A stretch of 64,000 nucleotides of DNA from an uncultured Oligoflexales bacterium (lineage in GTDB: Bacteria > Bdellovibrionota_B > Oligoflexia > Oligoflexales > CAZZCU01), in NCBI GenBank assembly GCA_964652825.1, contig CAZZCU010000004.1, forward strand, positions 47,818 through 111,817, written 5' to 3'. A program made the translations under genes and the position numbers. The notes below the pieces were generated by a model. It was given only the letters and a program-made list of their open reading frames with translations, was not told the origin of the DNA and ran no database searches. Within the stretch, counting starts at the first letter, position 1, and each line of letters opens with the position of its first letter. Positions 46,641 through 55,785 of this stretch are shown in pieces.

Positions 46641-47534
46641 ATGCAAGAAACCCTCGCAGAGTATCGTCGGCATTTTCCGCAGCAAGTGAGTGCGGCTAAG
46701 CAGCAGGCGATGAGTTTATTCAAAGCTGGTAACCTTGACGCTTTGCATACTTTGGTTAAACAAGCGCAATTGACGATCAAGCAATGGCAAAGTGCCGGTA
46801 AATCGCCCAGAAAAGATAAAAGCTCCCAGGTGATCAATGCCAAGATTACCTTGTTGGTGATTGAGACTTATTGTCGCGCGGCGCTAGCTAAAACCAGCAG
46901 CGGCGGTGAAGTAACACTATCGAGCTGGGATCAGTGGCTGGCGCAGCGTTTGTTTTTTACGCGGGACCATCAGCGACGACTCCCACCGGCATGGTTGTTC
47001 CGGGCGGGATGGGCATTGCTGCGCAATAAAACGGCGGTGATGTCAGCGGTACAAGGTCAGGGTATCTATTGTGTTTACTCAACCGACTTGGGTCGCGAGT
47101 TGCAACGGATTATCGGCGCGCGTAAATGTCTCGAAGTCGCCGCCGGCGATGGTACGTTGACCTTGTTGTTGGAGCGTTGCGATATCGATGTCATCAGTAC
47201 CGACGATCATAGCTGGCAGCACAAGGTGCAGTTTCCCGATTGGGTGGAAAAACTTGCGGCGCCAGCCGCGCTTGCGAAATATCAGCCGGAAGTCGTGATT
47301 TGCTCCTGGCCGCCATCAGCAAATGATTTTGAGGAAAAAATCTTTGCGACGTCAGCCGTACAAACTTACATTGTGATCGGTAGTAAGCATCACTTCGCGA
47401 CGGGTAATCGCGATGCTTATGTGGCCGCGCGAAAATATTTTATGCAACGACCCGCACCCGAGCTGGCAGCGTTAGTGCTGCCAGCGGCGCTCGATAGTGA
47501 AGTCTTAATTTTCGAGCGTATGCACGGGCGGTAA
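46641..47534 (+). CDS. Hypothetical protein; C-terminal half resembles a class I SAM-methyltransferase fold
   Basis: Motif I-like CLEVAAGDGTLT, acidic loop DVISTDD, and later VVICSWPP. The N-terminal 140 aa are helical and unassigned. Weak assignment. Confidence 0.4.
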   Translation: MQETLAEYRRHFPQQVSAAKQQAMSLFKAGNLDALHTLVKQAQLTIKQWQSAGKSPRKDKSSQVINAKITLLVIETYCRAALAKTSSGGEVTLSSWDQWLAQRLFFTRDHQRRLPPAWLFRAGWALLRNKTAVMSAVQGQGIYCVYSTDLGRELQRIIGARKCLEVAAGDGTLTLLLERCDIDVISTDDHSWQHKVQFPDWVEKLAAPAALAKYQPEVVICSWPPSANDFEEKIFATSAVQTYIVIGSKHHFATGNRDAYVAARKYFMQRPAPELAALVLPAALDSEVLIFERMHGR

Positions 47535-48128
47535 GATTGTTGCCGCGCATTTATTGGTATAGGTAGAATGACGTCCGGTTTGGCGGCTGGTTTCCGTGCA
47601 GTTTAGTTTGCCCACGCGTATATGCTGGGCTTCACCGAATTTATCCAATTCATCGTTTTCCATAGTATCGGCGAGTATCTCAATCTCGGCCGGAACTTTA
47701 TGTTTCAACAAGATGGTTGCGAGATTGACGGCAATCTCCTTGGAGAAATAGTGATCTTTGGGCGCGCCATTCGGCAACTTGATTGGGGTATAGCAGCTCC
47801 ATCCTAATAGGTTGGTCTTCGTCCATACCTCTAGACGTGCTTTGTCATCAATCTGATAGTGTGAGCAAAGCAATACTGTTTCAATGTTATAAACTCGCTC
47901 GGATGCCGTGCGACTTACTTCCGTGGCATTAATACCGTTTGTTTTCAAGCCGTCGCGAACAGTGCGATAGACGGCTTTGGCATCGGTGCCGGAGAATTCA
48001 ATTGGTATGTAAACCGGGTCCGGGCTCAAGCTGTCGCTTAGCGTATTGGTGCTGCGAGGCTTGCAAGCGGTGGCGATGAGACTGACTATAATAATGAGTT
48101 GGCTAAGCAAGGCTATTTTGATTGACAT
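47505..48128 (-). CDS. Lipoprotein of unknown function
   Basis: Lipobox SLIATAC. GGAG lies 9 nt before ATG 48128. It starts 12 nt downstream of the preceding gene's stop. Confidence 0.55.
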   Translation of the reverse strand: MSIKIALLSQLIIIVSLIATACKPRSTNTLSDSLSPDPVYIPIEFSGTDAKAVYRTVRDGLKTNGINATEVSRTASERVYNIETVLLCSHYQIDDKARLEVWTKTNLLGWSCYTPIKLPNGAPKDHYFSKEIAVNLATILLKHKVPAEIEILADTMENDELDKFGEAQHIRVGKLNCTETSRQTGRHSTYTNKCAATILPPVHTLEN

Positions 48129-48140
48129 GATGTTACTCCA

Positions 48141-50060
48141 TCACATGGTTAAGGGCGATACCGGGACGGTGTGTTGGTAGTCTGGGCTGATGTCCCATGA
48201 TAACGCATATGGTTGGCAGTTGCCAACCAGCGGCAATATACGCGCTTGCAATCCATAGCCGGCGGCGATGGTGCGGACCTGCCCCAAGTGTTGGCTGGCG
48301 ACCTCGGTATTGCCACCCGCGGTTTTGCCGGTATTGGTGATCGCTGAGATAATCAACATATGTTGGTCGCGGCCCAAGCGAACTTGGGTTGTCAGTGTCA
48401 CGGATGCATTTGTATCAGAGCCATCAACTAATCTGTGTACGGCGCTGACATACAGGTGGAACAGGGAGCTCACCAGGGCGCTATCGGGCATCAGTGGCAT
48501 TTGCGGTAGAGATGATGATTCCAGCTGATTTTCAAAACGGATATGAGTCAGGGATTTGAGTTGCATCGTCGCCAAACGCTGTGCGTTGCTGATGGCCTGC
48601 GGTAAATTTTTAACGACTTCATCGTCACCAGCGGCGTCGAAGTGAGCCCAAAAGGTAGTGATTGCTTGCAAATCCTGCAGGCGTTCGTGCAACTGGCCGC
48701 GTTGTTGCGACATAGCCAGCAATGCGTCAAGTAAGTGACTGGCGGTAACGCGCAAGAAGTCAAGCTGTTGATCAAGTAGTGTATAGGTTGGTGTAACATT
48801 GGTCTCGGCGAGCGAGCGGATGAACTTACGGGCGCCGCGCGCGGTGATTTGCTGCTGCCAGTCGCCGATCAGCGCGGCGATTTTTTGCGCCTCCGGGTGC
48901 ATGCCGTGACTGGTGATATCATTTAAATCCTGTAGACGTTCACGGAAATCAACGATATCTGCCTGCAGAATTTTGGCAAAACTCTCTGTTTGCATAGCGA
49001 GCGATTTTAGGCGCGCGATGTTCGCTGTTTCCAGATGCGCCGCCTGAATTTGTTGTTGTAGCTGGATGATGCGGTTTTCGCCGGCGGTGATTTCGCGTTG
49101 TTGCAACAGCAGGCCGTCATTCATTTCGTTGATCGCCGCCAGCAACTCTGTTTGTGCATTCGCTAGCTGCCCGCGCAGGTTGGGTTTGGGCATGGGTTGA
49201 GGTTGTTGACCGATCGCCATGTCCTTGGCATAGAGGCGTACCTGCCGGCACCAGGTTAAAAATTCATCGAAGCGATCCGTTGATTGTTTGAGCACCACGT
49301 GCGCGCGCGACCAGATACTCAAGGTCAACGCGGCGGTGATCAGTAGTAGTAGCCACAATGCGGGTGAGCTGCTCAGGTCAGTTTTGAGCAGTGACGCAGG
49401 TAGCCACGACAGCAGATATTTGTCAGTGATCAAGGAAGCACCGGCGTTTTTGCTTGATTGATTGGTGCTGGCGATGATGGTGTGTTGTTTCAATTGCTCC
49501 GTGCTTGGCACGAGCCGGAGTTGAAGTCGACGAGAATAATCCGCCAGTCCCGGATGCAGTGCCAGCCAATCATGGTCGAGACGCACCAGTGCCACTAGCG
49601 TGGTGGGCCGATCCAGTTTGCGCAGGCGCAAAGCGACGCCGAGCAAGGGTACGCCGGCATCGTCGACCCAAAAGAAGCGATCTTTATCTTGCTGCTGGTC
49701 AAGGATGCCGCTTTGTTCGCAATCGAATTTGATTTGTGACTTCAAGGTGGCGCGCAGGTAGCGTTGGCATTTGGCACCGAGGATTTGTACTTCGTCGATT
49801 TCGCCGAGTCGCAATTGGCCCGACGCTAACGTCGATGCAGAGTTATGCATCTGCCAGCGCAGGTGACTGCTGAAAGCCGAATCATCCGCCAGCGCCCGAG
49901 CTAGCGTGGTCAGTGTTCCTTGCGTCTGACCGGTGGCAACGGCAAATTGTGTGCGTGCAGTCTCGGTGGTCTCGCCGAGTTCGCGCAGCGGTGCCGCGAC
50001 AATTAACAGAAAAGTGAGCAGACCAAGACAAAGAGTTTGTAATAACATGAATGGCGGCAT
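48141..50060 (-). CDS. Two-TM membrane protein with periplasmic domain, coiled coil and a divergent histidine-kinase-like C-terminus
   Basis: TM helices near aa 5-25 and ~235-255. Possible H-box FLRVTASHLLDALLAM. The C-terminus has degenerate HATPase_c-like blocks (ISAITNTGKTAGG, AAGYGLQ) and lacks the canonical N-box Asn. Confidence 0.45.
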   Translation of the reverse strand: MPPFMLLQTLCLGLLTFLLIVAAPLRELGETTETARTQFAVATGQTQGTLTTLARALADDSAFSSHLRWQMHNSASTLASGQLRLGEIDEVQILGAKCQRYLRATLKSQIKFDCEQSGILDQQQDKDRFFWVDDAGVPLLGVALRLRKLDRPTTLVALVRLDHDWLALHPGLADYSRRLQLRLVPSTEQLKQHTIIASTNQSSKNAGASLITDKYLLSWLPASLLKTDLSSSPALWLLLLITAALTLSIWSRAHVVLKQSTDRFDEFLTWCRQVRLYAKDMAIGQQPQPMPKPNLRGQLANAQTELLAAINEMNDGLLLQQREITAGENRIIQLQQQIQAAHLETANIARLKSLAMQTESFAKILQADIVDFRERLQDLNDITSHGMHPEAQKIAALIGDWQQQITARGARKFIRSLAETNVTPTYTLLDQQLDFLRVTASHLLDALLAMSQQRGQLHERLQDLQAITTFWAHFDAAGDDEVVKNLPQAISNAQRLATMQLKSLTHIRFENQLESSSLPQMPLMPDSALVSSLFHLYVSAVHRLVDGSDTNASVTLTTQVRLGRDQHMLIISAITNTGKTAGGNTEVASQHLGQVRTIAAGYGLQARILPLVGNCQPYALSWDISPDYQHTVPVSPLTM

Positions 50061-50065
50061 AATGA

Positions 50066-50515
50066 TCAGCCCTCTTGCACGAGCTCGATCAGCAAACCGC
50101 CGGTGCTTTCGGGATGAATGAAAGCGATACTGGTGTTGTGGGCGCCTGGCCTTGGCTTCACGTCAATCATGCGAATTCCTTTCGCGATTAAAGAACTGAT
50201 AGCTTGTTCTATATTGTCAACCTGGACGGCAAGGTGATGAATGCCGCCACCTTTCTTATCAAGAAATTTACCGATAGGACTATCCGGAGAGCCGTCGCTG
50301 GCAAGGATTTCCAGTCGGCTATGCGGCTGCAGCGTGGCTGCTGGTAGCTGATCGCTATGCGCAGTGAACATCGAAGTATGGGTGTGCTGATCCTTTACAT
50401 ACTCGTCGCCAGCAAAACGCAGCGCTAAAACATCGCGCAAAAACCAACGGGCTTTTTCGGGGTCTTTAGGGGCTAAACCGACGTGATTGATGCCAAGGAT
50501 ATGAAAAGACGTCAC
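50066..50515 (-). CDS. mce: Methylmalonyl-CoA epimerase (VOC/glyoxalase superfamily)
   Basis: INHVGLAPKD...SPIGKFLDKKGGGIHHLAVQVDNIEQAI..L.AKGIRMID.KPRPGAHNTSIAFIHPESTGGLLIELVQ follows the MCE pattern. Confidence 0.8.
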   Translation of the reverse strand: MTSFHILGINHVGLAPKDPEKARWFLRDVLALRFAGDEYVKDQHTHTSMFTAHSDQLPAATLQPHSRLEILASDGSPDSPIGKFLDKKGGGIHHLAVQVDNIEQAISSLIAKGIRMIDVKPRPGAHNTSIAFIHPESTGGLLIELVQEG

Positions 50516-50612
50516 TGTCTGTTCCTGGTTTGCGGTGTCTCACCGCCAAATATCTTCTGTCTATCGTCCGTGATACTTATTTCGTATCGTTAGCTACAAA
50601 ACTTGGTCGTTG

Positions 50613-51056
50613 TTATTCGACCGGTAAGCCAATGGCTTCAACCGCTGTTTTCAAGTCTTTCTTTTGCTGCGGCTTCAAGGCTTTGCTGTTCTTATACAGC
50701 GTGCCGAGAGACTCGCGGGCATTAGCGGTGATATTGGCATACTCGTTCGCATCAAGTTCATTAAAGCGCTTGATGAGTTTTTCAAAAACTTCGTCTTTAT
50801 CAATGTCGGCACCAGTCGACCAGCGACCTTTGCGCAGCGCATTGGTGGCCAGTGCAACGATACGACTGAAGCGCGCACCATCAGTACCCGAGCGGCGTGA
50901 TTTGCCGGCACGGCCTTTGGCTTTCAAGCGTGTAAGCAATTCATCGTAGGTAAACGCGAAGCTTGACTCTACTTCTTTGAGGCCCAGCGGGGTGTCTTGG
51001 ACAGACGTCCACACAATATTAAGTGTGTCCCCTGGACGCAATTCTACGGAAGCCAT
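50613..51056 (-). CDS. Hypothetical protein with a basic central segment
   Basis: ATG 51056 is preceded by AAGGGGGA. 147 aa, including KAKGRAGKSRRSGTDGARFSR. No domain recognised. A 250-bp AT-rich region lies upstream. Confidence 0.5.
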   Translation of the reverse strand: MASVELRPGDTLNIVWTSVQDTPLGLKEVESSFAFTYDELLTRLKAKGRAGKSRRSGTDGARFSRIVALATNALRKGRWSTGADIDKDEVFEKLIKRFNELDANEYANITANARESLGTLYKNSKALKPQQKKDLKTAVEAIGLPVE

Positions 51057-51184
51057 TAATTCCCCCTTGTAATACAATGCAAGTTAAGCTTCGCCACTGC
51101 TGATGCTAGAAATTTGTTAGAAGCAACAACAGCAAACGCTTTGTTTCAACCTTTGTCATCTGTATTAGTAAATCGTTATCATCC

Positions 51185-51200
51185 TGTCAATAATTATTGA
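51185..51200. promoter_or_regulatory. 16-bp perfect palindrome GTCAATAATTATTGAC in an AT-rich divergent promoter region
   Basis: Read directly from the sequence: GTCAATAA|TTATTGAC. It lies 129 bp upstream of the 50613-51056 gene and 128 bp upstream of the 51328 gene. Confidence 0.3.
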
Positions 51201-51327
51201 CTTCAGCTTCACTTTTCATGGAACTAATTAATATTCTAAGCTAAATTCATAATATAACTTAAAATGGCGGCGCGCTGGCGAATACGCTAGAATAGTGGAA
51301 TTAGCTGATTTTACTTAGAATTTTAGC

Positions 51328-52752
51328 GTGGTGTCCGTGTTTTCACGCATAAGCAGTTTTAAATTTTTTATGATCGCCGTAGTGCTGGGAATGATCCTGG
51401 TGCGTATGATCTGGATTCAGCTGCGCTTTTTTCCGGTTAATGTTGATTATCGTGCGCTGGTGACGTTTGGGGCTTTACTGGATAGTGAGCAGCCATCCGC
51501 CTGCTATGCCGAACATGCCGGCAAGGATCAGTTGTGGGCTTTGTTGACCGACAATGAGTTGGTCTCGGATAAGCGTTATCGCTGGTTTAAGATTCCCGGT
51601 CTGGCGTTGATCAGCCGGATCACCTGCGGTCTGGGGGCGTTCACGCCGCAGACGTTGCAGTGGCTGAATTATGTGTTCTTTGGCGGTACCGTGTTTTTGA
51701 TGTTGATCATGGTTAGGATTTTAACGGGTTCGTGGTTGTTGGGATTGTTCGCAGCGGCGATGTTGCTCAGTCGCGGGCAACTGGTGGCCAAGATCGGTGA
51801 ACTCACCGCTGTCAATGGGATCATGTTTCTCGGGGCGTTGATGATGAGTTGCTTTGTGCACTATCTGCGTACGGCGTCTTGGGTGAGTTTTGCCGGGACT
51901 TTGTTGGGTTTAGTTTGTCTCACCATGTTTGATATTTCCTGGATCGTGTCGTTGCTGGCACTACCGACCGTATTGCTGTGCTGGCGGTTGTTGCCGTCGT
52001 TACCGGCAGCGCGCAGGGAGCAGCCAGCGGGCGACGAGACATCGCGGCGGCAGGGTCCGCTATTCCTGGCGGTTCGCTATCTGCGCGTGATCTTTGGGCT
52101 GGACGATGCGGGTGCGACTGGTGAGCGCGTGTCACATCTGGAGCATGCGTATGAGCGCGGTGCTTTGTTGCGACCGTTGATGGTGCCGTATTCATTTTGG
52201 GTGTTGCACCGACGGCGCTGGCTCAAGTTAGTGATCAGTGGCTATGGTTTAGGCTTTTTGGTGATTGCATTAGCACTGGTCGGATGGCTGCAAGCGATGC
52301 CGGCGATCATCGCTTTTTCTGATGCTGATCAGACGATTGCGGGAGTCGCGCGTCAGGTGACGGCAGGGGTGCATTTGCCCTGGGTTGTCAATTGGCTGGA
52401 TGCGTTGCGCGCGCCGCTGGATCTACATTTTGGGGCTAGTCTGGCGCTGATTGTTCTGGCGTTGTTCCAGTCGCCGGCGCGTGGTCTACATGGTTTTTTT
52501 GAAACCGTCTGGGTGGTAACGGCTGGAATGCTGCTCTTGATCGCTGCGACGTTCGTGCTCGATGTGATTGATGCGCGTGTCCTGGCTGAGATCGAAGGCG
52601 ACGCGCGTGGCTGGAGTATTTATGGTTGGTCGCGGGCACCGCATGTGTTTACCTGGATCGAGCCGATTGTTCTCAGTCTTGGTTTGGTCGGTTTATATAA
52701 TTTGCTGAAAATTGCTGATGCCCGGTTTGTGCAATTGCCGCAGCGACGCTAA
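51328..52752 (+). CDS. Polytopic membrane protein (about 11-13 TM; a GT-C-type glycosyltransferase is only a guess)
   Basis: 474 aa, hydrophobic throughout, with a GTG start. No catalytic motif confidently recognised. Confidence 0.5.
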   Translation: MVSVFSRISSFKFFMIAVVLGMILVRMIWIQLRFFPVNVDYRALVTFGALLDSEQPSACYAEHAGKDQLWALLTDNELVSDKRYRWFKIPGLALISRITCGLGAFTPQTLQWLNYVFFGGTVFLMLIMVRILTGSWLLGLFAAAMLLSRGQLVAKIGELTAVNGIMFLGALMMSCFVHYLRTASWVSFAGTLLGLVCLTMFDISWIVSLLALPTVLLCWRLLPSLPAARREQPAGDETSRRQGPLFLAVRYLRVIFGLDDAGATGERVSHLEHAYERGALLRPLMVPYSFWVLHRRRWLKLVISGYGLGFLVIALALVGWLQAMPAIIAFSDADQTIAGVARQVTAGVHLPWVVNWLDALRAPLDLHFGASLALIVLALFQSPARGLHGFFETVWVVTAGMLLLIAATFVLDVIDARVLAEIEGDARGWSIYGWSRAPHVFTWIEPIVLSLGLVGLYNLLKIADARFVQLPQRR

Positions 52753-52790
52753 GATAAAGATAATCGTTCGGGTAATGGAGAAAGCTAAAT

Positions 52791-53645
52791 ATGGTGTCGC
52801 AGTATCTGGCCACGGTAGCAGTCGCGTTGGCATTGATTGGTGCTGGCGGTTGTACGCATAAACCCGCACGAAAACCCAAATCGCGATCGGTACAGCGTGG
52901 CGTTCAGATGACCGAGCCGGTGCAACCGCAGGCATCTGCAAATGACGGAGATGCCGGAGCGGCAGTCGTACGTGATACCAGTGGCTGCGTGCCGGCACCA
53001 GCGGGACAACGAACACCACCGTTCTATTTGCCGGGGCATGGAATCATGGTAACGCGTGTTTTGAAAACCTGTGTCACTGATGATGGTCAGCCGGGATATG
53101 CAGCGGATACTGCCTGGATGGCGATGGGTTTTCCCTGCACGGGTGGCCATGGTCGTCTGGAATGGAAACCAAATTATCATGCACCCAAGATCGTGTCGTT
53201 TTCTGTCTCAACGGATTGTCCAACTGCGCCCGCGCTGTCCGATGAAGTTATTAAGATTGGTCGGGCGATTCTCGGTTTAAATGAACTGGCACGCTTGATG
53301 GCGTATACGCCAATGGCGGTGCAGTATTGGGAAATCGACGAGTACAAGGAAGTTAACACTGGCTCTGTTGTCGAATTCCGCGAAGCCATGAGTCTGGATA
53401 AAGGTTGGGCGAATTTTAAAAATAATCTGCCGCTGCGCGTGCGGTTGTATGGTCGCGAAAATGTCTGGGGCGAGGGCGATCAGATTTATATGTTTGAGGC
53501 TGATCTGATTCAGGAGAGTCGCACGACGTTTAAGCTGAGTCTGGTGAATGCTCAGGCTTTAAGCGATGACGATGCGGATCGTTTGCAGCAAAAATGCCAG
53601 GCGTTGCGGCCGCGCCGCAATTGCCGCGAGTTATTCGCGAATTGA
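52791..53645 (+). CDS. Lipoprotein of unknown function
   Basis: Lipobox LIGAGGC. GGAG lies before the ATG. Multiple Cys residues. Confidence 0.55.
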   Translation: MVSQYLATVAVALALIGAGGCTHKPARKPKSRSVQRGVQMTEPVQPQASANDGDAGAAVVRDTSGCVPAPAGQRTPPFYLPGHGIMVTRVLKTCVTDDGQPGYAADTAWMAMGFPCTGGHGRLEWKPNYHAPKIVSFSVSTDCPTAPALSDEVIKIGRAILGLNELARLMAYTPMAVQYWEIDEYKEVNTGSVVEFREAMSLDKGWANFKNNLPLRVRLYGRENVWGEGDQIYMFEADLIQESRTTFKLSLVNAQALSDDDADRLQQKCQALRPRRNCRELFAN

Positions 53646-53669
53646 ATCCAAATGAATTCAGTTACATTA

Positions 53670-54455
53670 TTAATGCGCTAACGCGCCTTGTCGCGTGTTA
53701 GCAGTGGGTGGTGGTTGCGGTGAATTTCTTTCGGCCAGCGCGGCTTTCTCGTCATTTTGAATACGCGCCCGAAGTTGCTTCAGACCGCGCCGTAAGGCGA
53801 TGTCGTTCGGGGTTAGTTCTAAAGCTCTCTGCCAGGCACGCTCGGCGAGGGCGAATGAGCGGAGTTTCATCAGCACGGTGCCTTTCATCTTATGCACCTT
53901 GGCAGCGGTCGGATAAAATGCCAGCAGGTTATTAATCTCAATGAGTGCGTATTCGTATTTATGTTCCTGATAGAGTTTGGTGATGCGGGCGATACCGAGC
54001 GTGTAGCTTGGCGATTGTTCTGGACCATCTTTGTTGCCAACACCAAACGCGCTATCAGTTAAATGCCGATTAGTTTTGTCGATTGTCTTGGGCATGTCCG
54101 CAACCAGTTCGCGATCGGTGGTCTGTGGACGCCATTCACGCTCGCTGCGGGTGGGCTGACCGGCAGCATTCATCTCCTGGATTTCCGCGAGCGGGACCTC
54201 GACGTCATAGTCGCGCGCGGCGCCGGGGATTTCAACGGTGTATTCGGTTTTGCCGACGGCAGAACGGATTACGAATTTTTCTTCAAATTGATTGGCGCCG
54301 AGCGGATGCGTTTCTTCGACAAAAGGATAGGCGATAGTGGCGTCATTGAGTTCGTTTTCTACCGAGACGTTTCGGTAGAACGTGCAACCACCTGACAACG
54401 CCGCGAAGCAGGTGATGCTTGTCAGCTTAGAAGTTAAGCGATAAGACAGCTTCAA
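53670..54455 (-). CDS. Lipoprotein with C-terminal TPR repeats
   Basis: Lipobox AALSGC. TPR-like YEYALIEINNLLAFYPTAAKVHKMKGTVLMKLRSFALAERAWQRALELTPND. It overlaps the upstream OMP gene by 29 nt. Confidence 0.6.
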   Translation of the reverse strand: MKLSYRLTSKLTSITCFAALSGGCTFYRNVSVENELNDATIAYPFVEETHPLGANQFEEKFVIRSAVGKTEYTVEIPGAARDYDVEVPLAEIQEMNAAGQPTRSEREWRPQTTDRELVADMPKTIDKTNRHLTDSAFGVGNKDGPEQSPSYTLGIARITKLYQEHKYEYALIEINNLLAFYPTAAKVHKMKGTVLMKLRSFALAERAWQRALELTPNDIALRRGLKQLRARIQNDEKAALAERNSPQPPPTANTRQGALAH

Positions 54456-55698
54456 CTCCCGTGCCTCCCTTGGTTTTGATAAAATCTCCGTCGATTAAAA
54501 TCTTGGACGGCAAAACATAGAGACTACCCAAGGTCATGACGAAACGACGGCCAAAGTACACGTCCCAACCGGCGCGTAGAGTTGGCGCGAGATAACCGGT
54601 GGCAAAGAAAACGCCAGCCCCACCGTGAACACCGTGGCGAACATCATTATAAGATTCCAGGCGACCGATAAAATTGTGAGTATAGATAGCGTTTAGGACC
54701 AGCGCCTGAGTATATGGTTTGGGTTTCAAGCCGACCGTGGCGTTGTCAGTATCTTCGTTATCATTGCCAGCGGGCGCGATACCTTGCGTGGGATAAGATT
54801 TCAGTACGGATTTGGTCGCCAGCATCAACGACATAATCAGACCGAATTCAGTGCGACGGTTGTTGAATTTTTCGCTACCGCGTAGTTGCAGGTTGATCAT
54901 TGACTTATCGTCACTACCACCACCGACGTTAGGAACAATGGCGCCGCCGATGCCGAACATCATGCGATATTCCGGAACATAATCTTCGCCTGGGCGGGAT
55001 TTTTCCACTTGGCGATAATCGACGGCGAGTTTTTGATAGCGGCTTTTCGCGGTCTCGCTGTTATAGGTGCGCGACCATAGTGTCTCTTTGGATTTGGCAT
55101 CAAACACCTGAAACGCCAGTACCATGTGCGTTGTGTGATAAACCAAAACGATATCCATGAAACTATCGATTCCGAGTTGCTCAGCCGCCAGGTTGAGTTG
55201 TGCAAGATTGGTGGTCGGCGATGAGATCAGTAGCTTGCCTTCGACAAGACGCGAGGTTTTTGAGCGACACGGCAAACAACTGATCAGGCGTACCTGCGAG
55301 TTTTCGCGAATGCGTTCTTGTACGCTCAACTCAATGTAAGACATATAGGTATTGGGAATGCTGCGACTGACTTCGACTTTGCGAATTGCCACGTTCTTGA
55401 GATTTTTAATCTGTCCCATCTTGACGTCGTACCCGAATTCAGCAAGCAATTCGTCAAGAACTTCGTGAAAACGGCGGACCGCCGCCGGCGCGGCTGTGCG
55501 TGTCTGAGCATAGCTGCGTCCGTTGTTGGTTGACGTGCCGGCTGTGTTTTCCGGTTTTTGGTTTTTGGTAGCGCTCAGTGCTTCGTCGGCTTCCATCCAG
55601 TCTTCGTAAGCATCTTCCGCGTGAGCGGTAGCGACGATGAATGGTGAGCTGGCCAAGAGCACGCACGCGAGTAGGTTGTTCCATGACGAACGACGCAT
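54427..55698 (-). CDS. Outer-membrane protein: periplasmic alpha/beta (CsgG/LpoB/FlgO-like) N-domain plus C-terminal beta-barrel
   Basis: Signal peptide ...VATAHA. The N-domain pattern FHEVLDELLAEFGYDV...NVAIRKVEV...LGIDSFMDIVLVYH..MVLAFQVFDAKSKETLWS resembles that fold. The C-terminal half is Gly/aromatic-rich and ends ...AVLSLNF. Confidence 0.55.
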   Translation of the reverse strand: MRRSSWNNLLACVLLASSPFIVATAHAEDAYEDWMEADEALSATKNQKPENTAGTSTNNGRSYAQTRTAAPAAVRRFHEVLDELLAEFGYDVKMGQIKNLKNVAIRKVEVSRSIPNTYMSYIELSVQERIRENSQVRLISCLPCRSKTSRLVEGKLLISSPTTNLAQLNLAAEQLGIDSFMDIVLVYHTTHMVLAFQVFDAKSKETLWSRTYNSETAKSRYQKLAVDYRQVEKSRPGEDYVPEYRMMFGIGGAIVPNVGGGSDDKSMINLQLRGSEKFNNRRTEFGLIMSLMLATKSVLKSYPTQGIAPAGNDNEDTDNATVGLKPKPYTQALVLNAIYTHNFIGRLESYNDVRHGVHGGAGVFFATGYLAPTLRAGWDVYFGRRFVMTLGSLYVLPSKILIDGDFIKTKGGTGVEAVLSLNF

Positions 55699-55785
55699 GT
55701 AACTTCTCTCTTCCCGTTAATTCCAGACAGTTAATCCTGGTTCTCTACAGGGTTTTTCGGCTGCTTATGGCAAATCTTTAGGATT

